From the NCBI GenBank assembly GCA_039621445.1, contig CP154954.1, positions 14,116,387 to 14,180,386 of the forward strand: a stretch of DNA of 64,000 bases. Direction: 5' to 3'. Position 1 is the first letter of the stretch. Every line of letters begins with the position of its first letter. Under the pieces are notes generated by a model. The model ran no database searches. It was not told the origin of the DNA and saw only the letters and a program-made list of their open reading frames with translations. This DNA is from Euglena gracilis. Its lineage: Eukaryota. The position numbers and the translations under genes were made by a program. This document shows, piece after piece, positions 14,301 to 26,335 of this stretch.

Positions 14301-17300
14301 GAAATTGCTTCAAATGCTCGATTTCCGAGCAAAGATGCAAAATCCGTTGTTGGGCTTCTTGGAAAGAAGTAGTGAGTGTGGCAAAATGCTCAACCGCAAC
14401 AAAGTTACCGATTTCCGGCATTTTGGGGGTGGCATTTTGCACGTGTAATTGGTGCTGCAATTGCAGTAGCATGGTTGAACATGATTCCACTTTGGCAAAA
14501 AGATGGCTCATACCATCTTGCACATGCAGAAACTTGGAATCATTCCGCGTTTCCGCTTCATGCAGTGTTTCACTGATTTGTTGGAAGTTTTGTGGAAGTT
14601 GGATGCGCAAAATACTGTCAACACTTTCTCGAAAATGCTGAAGGTCTTTCCCTGCATTTTCAAAATTGTGTTGGCAATATTTGCCGATTTCCTGCAAATA
14701 ATTCCAGCAATATTCCAGTTTGGTGTTGACAACCCTTTGATTGTCCTCATCAAACTGCAAAACCTTGTTGAGCATGGTTGCACATTCCGCAACACATTGG
14801 TGGACATGCAAAATTTGCTTGCTCAGCGGGTGATCCGCTGGGAGTTGACCGAGAATTTGGTAAACATCACCGGGGGTGAGGTTATCCCTCAGATCTTCCT
14901 CATAGTCCTCCACAATGGAAACGGCACCAGAGATTTCCGGTACCACCAGACGCATATCTGGGTTCCATGGCAAAGCAGGGAAAACCGCAGTTTCCGCGGG
15001 TAATCCCGGCAATGCGTGAAATGGTGTGGGGGGTGGAAATTGAGGGGTGAACGGGTTTCCCGTCGTGGTGAACGGGTTTCCCGTCGACCATGACCGGTGC
15101 TCCGAAGACCGTGAAACTCCCGATTGACGTGAAAACGCCGAGGAACCCGATCCCCGTGAGGAGGTCGAGCCCCTTGGGCTTCCAATACGCTTTCGCGCAT
15201 CGGGATTCGGGCATTCCCGAGACATGTGACCAGATTTGTTGCACAAAAAGCACAGTTTATCCATGCCTTGGTCCGAAGAACGCTGATTCCGCGTTTTCGG
15301 TCCCGTGGTGGGTGATCTTGGTGACATGGGTGATTTTTGCAACGCATTAACCGCACCCGCAGGGATTCCCGCGGTGGGATGCGTTTGGAAAGCAGACTGT
15401 ATTTGTCCCAAAACTTGTGTGAGTTTGAGTTGCTTTGACACATAATTCCAACGTTGGGCAAGAGTCATCTCATGCCCTGCCAATTCCTCGCGATGGATAT
15501 CCCTCACGAGGGATGGTGTGAAATGCAACAAAACCGCATCGAATTATTCGCGCATTTGCTTCTCGCTAAGTTCATCAACTTCGGAAGCAAGTGCTAACCA
15601 TTTGGCATACCAAAGGTCAATGGATTTCCATTTGCGATCCGATGGCGCGCATTGTCGCCATTTCTTCTCCAGGTAATCCTGGTGACCAGACTTGAGTTGG
15701 TTGAAGCGTATTGCTCAACCAGGTCATCAAATGATACGCCATTACGTATCACCAAATTGCGTGCGCGTTCTCGCTCCTCCCTCGGTAGGCAATCGATGAA
15801 TTCCATCTTGACTACCTCGGGATTCGGGTCTTGGGTGGGTCCCTTTAGTGCCCAATAGTACACCCAGTCCCGAAAAAAATGTCTCCATGTGGTTGGATCC
15901 CCGTCCCATTGGGGCTTCACCTTATTCGCGATTGCGATGGTGCCCTTGAAGTCTCTCTGAGTAACCCGATGACCCTCGGTGGTATTCCAGGGGTTTGGGT
16001 CCGGGTAATTCTTAACACCAAACGCGTTTCGCGGATTTTCCGCTCCATGTGAACCCCGCGCAGGATTTCCCGCACCAAGTGTAGGTGTGGCAGGATTTTC
16101 CTGCGGGAATTGCGAAAAATGTGGTGAATTTCTCCCGGTGGGGCGGGTTTCCCGCCGAAAACCCGATGGGTGATCTGGTAATCCAGAACCCGATGGTGGT
16201 TGGTATGATCGCGAATGCGACACATGACCAATACCAGGAGTGGGGTGTTGGCTCATTCCTTGTACCAGGTTGGAATGTTGAATTTCTTGGTGGAGACTCG
16301 AATTTTCGAGCGGGGGATCAATTTCCTCATCGGAAATATGTCGTGAAAAGTGGGTTTGTGGTGTGGGCCAATGCAAAGGTGGTACAATTCGCGTTTTCGC
16401 GGGTGGTTGTACCAAATTCGCGGTGGATGTAGGGATTCCTACTCCAGAAATGGTAATTTGAGAACACGATTCCGGGACATTTGGAATACCAACCGCAGCG
16501 CTTACCGCGGTGGGTGGTGGCATAACCGGTACCGGAGTGGACGTTTTATCCAAACTCGCGGACAAGTCATGCACCGTTTCTTCCAAATGTTCCACCAACT
16601 GGAGTTGGCCGCAAATACGGTCAACCTCAGTCTCCAAATGCCTAATGCGTTTGCGGTAACCGGAAAAATCGTCCAAGTGTGGTAACTTTTCAGAAACCAA
16701 GTGTAGGTCTTGGACAAGGTGTCCTTGGGACTCCTCCACATTCCGGAGTTGACCCGCAAGCGCTTTTACTGCATTTGAGACAATTTGCAATTGGTGGGGT
16801 GAATTGGTGGGGGTTTCCGCGGTGGTGTGCGAATTTTCCGCGGTTGGCTTTTCCAACAACGCAGAAATTCGTCCATCCAACCATGAAACTTCATCTTGCA
16901 TGGATCGGGCATTCCGATTCACAGATTCCTCAAGTTGAATCAAACTCGTGCAAAATGCTTGCAAGGTTTTCTTGTTGTCACCAAGAATTTTGTTATAAAA
17001 TGAGCGAAATTCCGGTGACTCGGATATCCGAGCGCGCGAAACATTGGGAAGTGCGCGAATTTCCGCTACTGTGGTGGACAACAAGGTGCAACGGGTTTGT
17101 AATTCCCCAATAGCGGCTTGAATACCACTAATGTCAGAAATTCGCTTGGAAAGTGCGGAAACATGCTCCTGCAAACCGACAACGGTGGCATTAATACCGC
17201 CAATGTCCGTTTGCATTTGTTGTTGCGCGAAATCCAACCGTTGTGCGCAATCCGCGTTTTTCGCGTGCAGGGTGGTTAATCCATCCTGATTTGCGGCACA

Positions 17301-18135
17301 ATGGCAGGATTTTTGCTCCAAGTGTAGGATGCGTTCCTCCAAAACCTGGATTTGCGTACGGGGAACAAAATTTTCTTGCACTTTCGCTTGAAATTGCTTC
17401 AAATGCTCGATTTCCGAGCAAAGATGCAAAATCCGTTGTTGGGCTTCTTGGAAAGAAGTAGTGAGTGTGGCAAAATGCTCAACCGCAACAAAGTTACCGA
17501 TTTCCGGCATTTTGGGGGTGGCATTTTGCACGTGTAATTGGTGCTGCAATTGCAGTAGCATGGTTGAACATGATTCCACTTTGGCAAAAAGATGGCTCAT
17601 ACCATCTTGCACATGCAGAAACTTGGAATCATTCCGCGTTTCCGCTTCATGCAGTGTTTCACTGATTTGTTGGAAGTTTTGTGGAAGTTGGATGCGCAAA
17701 ATACTGTCAACACTTTCTCGAAAATGCTGAAGGTCTTTCCCTGCATTTTCAAAATTGTGTTGGCAATATTTGCCGATTTCCTGCAAATAATTCCAGCAAT
17801 ATTCCAGTTTGGTGTTGACAACCCTTTGATTGTCCTCATCAAACTGCAAAACCTTGTTGAGCATGGTTGCACATTCCGCAACACATTGGTGGACATGCAA
17901 AATTTGCTTGCTCAGCGGGTGATCCGCTGGGAGTTGACCGAGAATTTGGTAAACATCACCGGGGGTGAGGTTATCCCTCAGATCTTCCTCATAGTCCTCC
18001 ACAATGGAAACGGCACCAGAGATTTCCGGTACCACCAGACGCATATCTGGGTTCCATGGCAAAGCAGGGAAAACCGCAGTTTCCGCGGGTAATCCCGGCA
18101 ATGCGTGAAATGGTGTGGGGGGTGAAAATTGAGGG
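5323..18135 (-). repeat. Four near-identical tandem copies of a gag segment (periods 3268, 3268 and 3089 bp)
   Basis: Anchor gaagaggatgatccactt occurs at 5323, 8591 and 11859. ORFs repeat at +3268 (5930/9198/12466). The third junction near 15095 lacks 179 bp. Confidence 0.97.
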
Positions 18136-18236
18136 GGGGGTTGGAAAAAACACGGTGTTTCCACCGAGTTGCACTCCAAAAGGCCCACCGGTGCTTCCAC
18201 CGGGGATCTTTTGGGTGTGAACAGAGCAAAGGGCAA
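15594..18236 (-). CDS. gag: gag N-terminal part (coiled-coil plus capsid-like KPQWDGDPTTW..FFRDW); most intact copy
   Basis: 880-aa ORF just downstream of the LTR/PBS. A frameshift separates it from the CCHC-bearing C-terminal part (CFLCNKSGHMSREC). Confidence 0.8.
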   Translation of the reverse strand: MPFALFTPKRSPVEAPVGLLECNSVETPCFFQPPPQFSPPTPFHALPGLPAETAVFPALPWNPDMRLVVPEISGAVSIVEDYEEDLRDNLTPGDVYQILGQLPADHPLSKQILHVHQCVAECATMLNKVLQFDEDNQRVVNTKLEYCWNYLQEIGKYCQHNFENAGKDLQHFRESVDSILRIQLPQNFQQISETLHEAETRNDSKFLHVQDGMSHLFAKVESCSTMLLQLQHQLHVQNATPKMPEIGNFVAVEHFATLTTSFQEAQQRILHLCSEIEHLKQFQAKVQENFVPRTQIQVLEERILHLEQKSCHCAANQDGLTTLHAKNADCAQRLDFAQQQMQTDIGGINATVVGLQEHVSALSKRISDISGIQAAIGELQTRCTLLSTTVAEIRALPNVSRARISESPEFRSFYNKILGDNKKTLQAFCTSLIQLEESVNRNARSMQDEVSWLDGRISALLEKPTAENSHTTAETPTNSPHQLQIVSNAVKALAGQLRNVEESQGHLVQDLHLVSEKLPHLDDFSGYRKRIRHLETEVDRICGQLQLVEHLEETVHDLSASLDKTSTPVPVMPPPTAVSAAVGIPNVPESCSQITISGVGIPTSTANLVQPPAKTRIVPPLHWPTPQTHFSRHISDEEIDPPLENSSLHQEIQHSNLVQGMSQHPTPGIGHVSHSRSYQPPSGSGLPDHPSGFRRETRPTGRNSPHFSQFPQENPATPTLGAGNPARGSHGAENPRNAFGVKNYPDPNPWNTTEGHRVTQRDFKGTIAIANKVKPQWDGDPTTWRHFFRDWVYYWALKGPTQDPNPEVVKMEFIDCLPREERERARNLVIRNGVSFDDLVEQYASTNSSLVTRITWRRNGDNARHRIANGNPLTFGMPNG

Positions 18237-18839
18237 ATACCCCCACTTTGTTCATGGGTTACATGAGTTGCCAAATGTAACGGTGCAAGGGGTTCATCCC
18301 CTCGCTGCATCAATGATGGGTGAACCGGGATGGAGGAAGCCATTTTGCCACCTACATCCCGCACAATCAGTGACAATGATGATGAGGAGGGCTCATTGCC
18401 CCCGTGCAACAATAAAGGCGTTTCGTCCTGAGACAATGACAATTGACGCAATGTGTCTTCTTGTTGCTTGGGGAGTCGGGAATTGGAACTTGTTTCATTC
18501 GAACCGTTCCAATCCCCGCAATCTTCATCAAGATTGGTCAATGAACTCATCAACAAGTCATAATCAAATTTGCTGTTGGGGGTTGTGCTCTGCATCTTTT
18601 GAGATGGGTAAAAAGGCAAAAACCCAAAAATTCACACAAATAAGCAGTGAAACAGGGACCAGAAAGGTTGTATCGGCGAATACCGAACAGAGCCTTCTGA
18701 GACCTGTATCCTTGCTTAAAGGTTGTCTAGAGGCCAGGAACAGTACTTTCACCGTGTTTCACGGCTCAGTACGATCCTCACCACCAGTCAACCACAGAGT
18801 TTCTCTGTGTGGAACGTCTGTGTAGGATCGTTGCCTAAA

Positions 18840-18849
18840 TCTGCTACCA
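18840..18849 (-). promoter_or_regulatory. Primer-binding site TGGTAGCAGA (tRNA-iMet type)
   Basis: Lies 2 nt after the LTR-terminal CA and is complementary to the initiator Met tRNA 3' end. Confidence 0.8.
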
Positions 18850-18851
18850 AG

Positions 18852-19258
18852 TGTACGTCCAAGGACTTCCCTTTGACCCCTTTCGCCCCGGAAAAGCCTG
18901 TTTCGCTTTTTCCTGGTGCGCACCTACTTAGGTGACTAAAAATCCTTGGAGTAACAAAACCCTTTTTCCCAATTCCCCTATGCTAAGGCAGAGCACAAGA
19001 CAAGTCGCTGTGTAAGGATTTTCCTTCACAGTCGTGTTGAGTCCTTTCACAGGTTTATCCTCTTACTTCAAAACAGTCAGAATGTGAAGAATAGAATACC
19101 ACCTGTGAGGAAAAGAGATCACGCAGGCACGTGTGATACGTGTCGCTAAATCCCATAGGATCTGCCACGATCGTCAGGCTGTGTTCATCACAGCCGTCAG
19201 ATTGTGACGGATCCAGACTCCGTAGGTTTCCTACAGAGCTGGGATCGTGCCTGGTACA
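18852..19258 (-). repeat. 5' LTR of element 1 (~407 bp)
   Basis: TGTAC...GTACA inverted termini, followed by a PBS. The outer flank resumes the DIRS YR motif HSTRGAG. Confidence 0.75.
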
Positions 19259-19261
19259 CAA

Positions 19262-19889
19262 AAACCCACAGCACCAGAGGGGCTGGGGTTTTTAGGTGGA
19301 AAAATGCTGGTTTGAAAGTGCAGGAAGTCCAGCAATTGGGCCAGTTGAAAAATTTTGGGGCCTTCCAAGCTCATTATATGAGACTCGGTGTCATTTCCAA
19401 AATTCAAAAACTTATAGCCCAAAGGGGGGTGCATAATACCTCACCATCTCGCAGTGCGGAGCCCGAATGGTCTCGGACTCCCACGACAGAGGAAGGGGGA
19501 GGAAGGGACCAAGAGGGCGAAGCACAAGAAGATGGTGAGCCCAACCCCCCCACCCAAAAAATCGGCGGAAAAAGAAAAACATCCCAACCAGAAAGAGGAC
19601 CCCCGACCAAGCAGCCCCAACCGCCACCCAGAAACACACCAGGAAGAGACAGCCTTCATCAAACGACCATGTGAGAAGGGGGGGCGGGGCCACGACGGTT
19701 CAGCTTCGCCAAGGTGTCGGAGGAGGCCTCATCATCGCCAACTCCGGCGCAGAGGCGCAGTAAGAAGCACCCCCCGCACACGCACAAACACACCAGAACA
19801 GAACAGCCGGCAAGGAAAGCAGGACCTCACCATCTACTTGTGCTTCGCCCTCTTGGTCCCTTCCTCCCCCTTCCTCTGTCGTGGGAGTC
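19262..19889 (+). mobile_element. DIRS1-like element right end: YR C-terminus, ICR, right ITR/extension
   Basis: HSTRGAG...LGQxK...HY YR motifs. A 64-bp inverted repeat at 19476-19539 / 19826-19889 has 1 mismatch. Confidence 0.8.
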
Positions 19890-19899
19890 TGATTCTACC

Positions 19900-20910
19900 G
19901 CGGTGTCCCATCCTCCCTGGTCGGCTGTCCTCAACGGAGTAAGAGACACCGCCGGTTCCGCACGTTGCCATTGTGAGGCCAGATTGAGCACTGAAAAAAG
20001 GTGGTCAGGGCACCTTCCAAATAACCTTGAGCACCAAGTCTTTGATAGTGGGCGATAAAAGCCTCCACCCCCTTCCACTGACCAATTTTACAAACTTCTT
20101 GGGCGGAAAGGCCCAATTGTTTGAGTGCATTGCTCAAAGTCCAAATTCAATTTTGATAATTGACTTTTGAATTGATATTCGTCTGGTTCGTGTCCTTCTG
20201 GATATTGAATTGATATGGACTTCTTTTCTTGGTTATTCTTCGTTCGTGAACTCTTTTCCTTACTTCTGGCTGTCGAAGGGCAAGTTAAGAAACAGCCAAA
20301 CTCTGGCGAAAAAGGCACCAAGCACAGCCTCCTAACCCAGCGCACCAGAACAATGACAACAAACCGCCGGCGAGCAAGGCAGGGCCTGCCAATGGCAGAG
20401 TGCGGAGCCCGAGGTGTCCTTTAGGGGACAAGGAGGAAGTGACCAGGAGGGAGAAGCACAACGGCAGATTGACATCCCGGCGGTGTTGCGACGATTCTTC
20501 TTGTGCGCTAGGTTATGAGGTTCCGTTTGGTGTCTTTTTTTTTTTGCCGAAGCTTGCTGATTCCTAGATTGCCCTGCGAAGCCAAAAATAAAAGTGCCTC
20601 AACAGAATCAGCCAATTCCAATTATTCAGAAGGAGACGCTCCTGCAGAAACTGTTTTCAATGAAACATGCAACTTCCAGGACAAACAGCGCTGAATACCT
20701 TCAAGACGGAACAGCAGCAGCAGGAGCTGGACAACCTGACGGAGAAGGACGACTGTGGCGAACGGTGGCTGCCCCTTCGGAAAAAGAAAGCTCCCCAAAA
20801 AAATTCCAAAACCCAGACACGTACTCCCTCGAGGCAAGCCGACAAGGCAGGAAGGGAGACGGCGAGCAAGGCATGGCTTCACAATGGTAAAGTGCGGAGC
20901 CCGTGGAGTC
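19900..20910. mobile_element. Mosaic of DIRS fragments (minus-strand YR end, left ITRs, start of gag)
   Basis: LGLSAQEVCKIGQWKGVEAFIAHYQRLG at 19931-20137(-). Terminal motif gcaaggcatggc(c/t)tcacaatgg. The segment is homologous to 43540-43730 and 51740-51990. Confidence 0.7.
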
Positions 20911-20928
20911 CCCCCAAAGCGATGTCCA

Positions 20929-23900
20929 CGGTAGTATCAGAGCAAATTCATAGTTAAGGAAAGCCACAAAGCGAACCAACCAATTTAAAACCTTTCCACA
21001 CACACAGGGTTCTTTTGTATAAACCTTCAACAATTGACAAACAAATGTCAAATTCATTGTGTATTTGTGGCCAGAATTGAATAAAAATTCAAAATTTGGT
21101 ATTTTGCTGAAAGGTAAAAAAGCTTCCGACTTCGAAAAAAGACATGGCAAAGCAAAAGCAAACGAAAATGGGGGTCGTCGGGGACCAGAAAGAAGGCGCA
21201 TCCGGGTAAAGCGGCCGTGCCACACGTGGAGGTCCTACCTGGGTCTCCGCATGGCCCCCCCAAGCAAGAAGAAGACGAAGCTAAAGATACAAGAACAGGT
21301 ACAGTGACGTGCGGTATGGAAGCTGTGGACACAAAACACACAGCCACTTTGTGTTTTCGCCACCCGCAGCATCATTCAGAAAGATGCCGAAGAAAATGAG
21401 GCATTTGAAAGACAGGGTTTAGGAGGAGGATATTCCCTAACACCAACCCCAGGCACTCTGTCCTTCAAGGATCTCATATTTTGAAGTTCATTCTATGAGA
21501 ACATTACACCCCTAGGTCCCCTATGGCTTTGGCCCTTCGAAAAGGATTTTTTTCTGGGATGTGCGTGCACTATCTCATTCTCTGTTCACCTCTCTGGAGG
21601 AACTTGTGTTGGAAAAGGATTTTTTTTCTGGGATGTGCGTGCACTATCTCCCTCTCTGTTCACCTCTCTGGAGGATCTTGTTGTTGGGAGTCATACCATA
21701 CGGCTTAATGCCCCTGTTTTGCCTTTCTGGTGTTTTACATGTTGATGTGGTTGGTTAACATACCATAGGGGGGACTCTGTGGGTCCCCTTGGTTGAATAA
21801 TCGGGAATTCATAAATAAATGTTGGGGGGGTTCCTGCCCCTCCATCCAAAATGACCAATGTGGGTCCCTTTTCCTCCAGGGGCTGGGTCGTTGAAGTTGC
21901 CACTGGCGGTCCCCTTTTCCTCCTTTTTTTCGGTAGAGGGCCACTGTGGGTCCTTCGGGGAATTTTTCCAGCAGCTATGACCCCTAGCTTCTTGGTGAGT
22001 GGGTCCACCCTGCTGGCCTCCAAGGCGTCCATGTATAAATTTGTATCCATAATGCAACTGCTGGTCTTCCAGGCCTTGAGTTCTTCTTGGCCTCCAACCT
22101 CACTCGAAATCTGGGGGAGGGCTGTTGTGGCCCCCTCTTTTTCTCCTTGAGAGGGATTGTTGTGTCATATGAACTGGGGGGGGTTTGACAGCCCTTTTCT
22201 GCCGCTTCCTGGGGGGATTTGCCTGTAAAATCGGCCCCATGCCCCTGTAGTGGTGTCCTCCTTGGCCTTGATTACATCTCCCCATCCTTTTGCTGATTTT
22301 TGTGCAGGCGACTCGGTGCCTTTGGGGGAGATTCCCCTGACGTGTGGGCTTTGTATTTCCAATTGTGAAGCATTTTGGGCACCCATGTCCAATCCTTTGC
22401 CCACCAAGGGCTGGGGCTGACTTCTGTCTTCTGGGCCGTCTGGCCACAGTGGTCCAAGGACCGACTGGGTAGTTTTTTAGAGTTGAATTTTGCATCCGTG
22501 CTTTGTACAAAATATGACGAAGACCCTACCAAGTGTAAATGAAATTTGGATTATGCCGATTCTCGCACAAAAAAAACACTTTCCAACACTCCCTTTTTAC
22601 AACACCTAGAATTTTAATTCTGTTTTCCCGAAACAGCCTCTTGAAGGACGTGAAATTTTGGAAGGGGTGATTTTTTTGCCCGTTGATTTCTGTCAATGTG
22701 GTCATTTTGAATACAAAAAGTCAACTTGTTCTTGGGAATGGTGGAGTTTGTTTCTGGGTATTTGGTGCAATTACACCAAATCTGGTTCCAAAAGCCGTTT
22801 TCACCGTTTTGTGGAAACAATTTTGGTGTGATGTCACGTACAAAATCACCGAGTCCCAGATTAGCTCATTTTTTCAGGTGCACTGGAAAGTGGAAAGGGA
22901 AATTATAAGGAGGATGGTTTTGTGTTGGTCACCCAGGGTACCCCCTCATCAACGACCCATGGCGAAAGTGTGTGTGTGTGTGTGTGTTTGACCACAAGGT
23001 TTTGGAAACGGTCATCAACATCCAGTGTTTTTTGTTGAAAGAGGAAATGGCGGGGACGTGCTTTTTGCACGCCCTCACTTTTTCCAAGGAAGAAAAAGTT
23101 AATTTTTTCAATTTTCTTACGCCCGTTATGGGAAAGAGAAGAAAAAATGGGTTGAACGGTCGACGAATGAACATTTTGTGTGTGCCGATTTTTTCCAAGG
23201 CACAAAATACAACGTTTACATTGGGCAATTGTGAGAGGTGGAATCTATTCAGTTTCACAGGTTGTGTTTTGTTGGAGAAAATAATACAGTTGGAGCGAAC
23301 AAAATGGCGGTGAGCTCTACTCATTTGGAGGCGATTAATTGGGGGGGTTAACGAAAAGGCGATGTGTTGTACCAGAATAATTTTCAGATACGCCAAGGTG
23401 TTATTCGCAGAGAGGAGGTGCAACCCAACCCACACGTAAAGGACGGCATGCAGGATTTTCAGAGTATTTTGGGAACGAAACTTGCCCCTGAGGCTCCTGG
23501 AGTTACCCCACAAGGAATTTTTGGTTCCGTGGAACAATTTTATGAATAGAAAGGAATCTAGAATTTCACAATTTTGGGTTCGCTTTCTGAAAATCAAAAG
23601 GTTGACATATTTTATAAGTGCATAGTTTCTTCAAAACATTTGCAAATTTGAGGCCGAGATTTGAGAGACCGTCAGGATGGCACGGGTTGATGTCACATTC
23701 CCACGAAAACGGCCGTACGTCACGGTTGTGGTAAAACAAATGAATTGTCATTTATAGGAAATTATCCCGTGGTTTGCAATATTGTTTTCGTTGTTTCTTA
23801 TTTATGATGCTCGGTCGCGACAAGCAACACACCATGAAATTCCACAAACACCCCCAACGAAAAAATGGTGGACCGTTTGAAAATAGACGGTAATTTGCTT

Positions 23901-25006
23901 TTCAAAAAGGTAATAAGCGAAAAACCCTAAAATCAAAAAAGGGCCGAACCAAAAAAAAGCGAATTAGCTCCTTAAGAGGAAGGGATTGCTTGAGAGAAAG
24001 GCTGTTCCAAAATTCATACCCCCTGAAGTCCTTAAAATCAGGTTTTTTGAAGAACGGTTGATCAGTAAAAAGCATTCGCCAGGGTTGGAAACGCGAAAAC
24101 ATGCCAAGGCTCCACTGCGGATCAGCGCGCAACTTTCGAAATTGCAACCAGACCTGCCTTGTGTGCCTGAAAAGACTCATGTCCCCAGATCATAATACTG
24201 GACGAAAAGCAAATATACCTTACGAGATGTGAACACACGCAACACAGTTACACGGTGGACTTGTTGGTGTAGGCATTTTGACGTTCTGCACCGTGGCGTT
24301 GTTCGACACCGTTACGTTGTGATGTGCCACACAAGCCGTACGTTGTGCCGTTCCACCGTTGCAATTTCCCCCAAGGAGTGCGGAATGGCGCTTGGGATCC
24401 CCCCTCTCCAATTGGGCTGCACCCCCCCATTCTCACCAAACGCACACACACCACGAGGGGAAATGTTCATTTTCTTTTCGTACGGACCCCTTTAATTTTA
24501 CTTTCGTTTTTTTAATTTTATTGGAGATTTTTTTAATTGGGGGAGTGTTACGGGGTCCTAAATTCTAATTTGTCCGATTTCTGTTTTGGGGATTGAAAAA
24601 GCACTGAAATTGCCGTTTTGGATTTTCAGTCGAATTAAAAGTTCGGGAAAGGCTCTTTGGGTAGGCCCTTAAAGCATAAACACATATTTTGTCTTTTAAC
24701 TGATGAAATTTAGGACTATTCGGCCGAATTTTTCCGGTCGGTAGGATCAGAGCAAGTTCCTGGTTAAAAAAATCCCCAAAGCGGACCAACCAATCTCAAA
24801 CCTTTCCTTACAGACATGGTTCTCGTGTACAAAGTGATTGTGCATTTGTGCATGGAATTCAATATAAAGGCAAAATTTCGGATTTCACTGAAAGTTCAAA
24901 AAAACTTCCGACTTTGAAAAAGGGCAAGACAAAGCAAAAGCAAAGCGACAGGGGGGTCGGAGGGTACGGGCCAGGAGGCGGAGCCGGGGAAAGCTGACGC
25001 GTCACA
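20929..25006 (+). mobile_element. Degenerate LTR element(s): truncated 5' LTR 20929-21224, tRNA-Gln-type PBS, PPT and 3' LTR 24546-25006
   Basis: 20929-21224 is homologous to, but diverged from, 24739-25006. TGGAGGTCCTACC at 21227 follows CA plus 2 nt. ttgggggag precedes TGTTACGGG at 24546. A DIRS fragment interrupts the internal region. Confidence 0.55.
21510..22475 (-). pseudogene. DIRS gag/ORF1 fragment
   Basis: Homologous to 48170-49080(+), including PLWYVNQPHQH and WGISPK segments. Contains a ~72-bp internal duplication at 21540-21672. Confidence 0.65.
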
Positions 25007-25601
25007 CCCCCCCTCAAGATTTCAAACGAGATTGGCGACCAAGAACATATTCAAGTCATTGGGGACTTAATTATCAAGGCCATTGGGGCCAGAAATGTCA
25101 ACAAGAAGATTAACAATTACAACAAAACCACAGAGGGGGTCCTTTACAGGCCGCCCTGTAACTGCTTCGTATTTAAATGAGTAACCCCGTGCCCAGCCCC
25201 AGGAGGAAGAAGGACCCACAAGGGCCAGCCAGGAGGAACAGAATAAGTTATACTCCCCACAGGCATTTATTACTATTCAATCAACAAGGGTGGTACCCAC
25301 GAAAGGCCCCTCTACGGTATGGCTATCAACCCCATCAACATCAATAATGCAAGATAGGCAAAACTGGGGCAGTAGTCGATATGGTATGTGCTCCAACAAC
25401 AAGATCCTACAGAGAGGGATTGAGCAGAGAGGGAGATGGCTCAAGACCTAGGAGCTCTAGGAGCTGTAAAAAGTGCAACTACTCCACCCAGCCGCCTGAA
25501 AATCATCTAGGTGGAAAAATACATTCAACGGAGGAAAAAATGGGGAAACAAACGCACCAAAACAATCACCAAAACCCCGCCGGCGAGCGAGGCATGGCCT
25601 C

Positions 25602-26255
25602 TGTCGACTGTCGGGGGCGTCCGACAGTCAAAAATGGTAAGGCGGAAGCTTTTGAAAACACGGAATTTTCATTCCGCGCAGAACGCGCATTCAATAGGAA
25701 AAGCCTAATTTGAGGTTCTAATTTAACATAATTTGCTTCCGCAGACCTTTGTGGGTTTTTTTGACATTGGCATCAATCAACAATTGATTTGGAGAATTGA
25801 ATTCAAGACAAGTTGCATTGTTTGGAAGAATTGTCAATTTCAGGTCCTTCTTCCCACTTTCACGGTGTGTGCGTGTTTCTGTTGCCTTTTACCACCATCC
25901 ATTGCACCAAAACACCCACCCTGACCATTTCCAGTGTTTTTGCATTCTTAAGAAAGGGTGGGTGAAATGGCCTCATGGAGAAAGGCATTTGGGACAACAA
26001 TTTCACTTAAACGGAATTTTGACTTTGTGCAAGTTTTCAGGTAAAAAGCAAATTCGATCCTACGCACACCCCTCTGGTCGGGGGGTACACCAGTGGGCGA
26101 AACGGGGGGTGGCCTGAGCCCTCCACCACCCGGAAAAACACTGGCCCCGGGCCAGGGAACGGCAGCCCCAAGGGTGGGTGTCGGGGACGAGGCAGCCGGC
26201 CGGGGGGCTGGGGTCTCGGCTCCGACACTCGCAGGGGGGGCGCCGGGTGTGAACA
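25602..26255 (+). repeat. 5' LTR of element 2
   Basis: Direct repeat of 37512-38165 with about 5 differences by eye; TGTCG...GAACA ends. Confidence 0.95.
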
Positions 26256-26268
26256 TGGTACGCAGAGG
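26256..26268 (+). promoter_or_regulatory. PBS TGGTACGCAGAGG (tRNA-iMet-like with one extra base)
   Basis: Immediately follows the LTR-terminal CA. Confidence 0.7.
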
Positions 26269-26335
26269 TTGCTTCACTGACTCTGTCAGTGAAGAATTTT
26301 AGGATTCGGTTGATGGCAAACCAGAACCCCTGAAC

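Larger units (their letters stand above)
1..19258 (-). mobile_element. Ty3/Gypsy chromodomain LTR retrotransposon (element 1); 3' end lies beyond the left edge of the window
   Basis: Minus-strand order is LTR, PBS, gag with CCHC knuckle, RT (YIDD), RNase H, integrase, chromodomain, then an extra ORF. It is inserted into a DIRS YR fragment. Confidence 0.93.

Noticed and set aside
42-18092. Numerous plus-strand and nested short ORFs in the track
   Set aside because: They are antisense or alternative-frame shadows of gag/pol, repeated with the tandem units.
22480-24540. Possible host gene
   Set aside because: No motifs or coherent frame; it lies before a PPT/LTR, so it is likely a decayed element interior.
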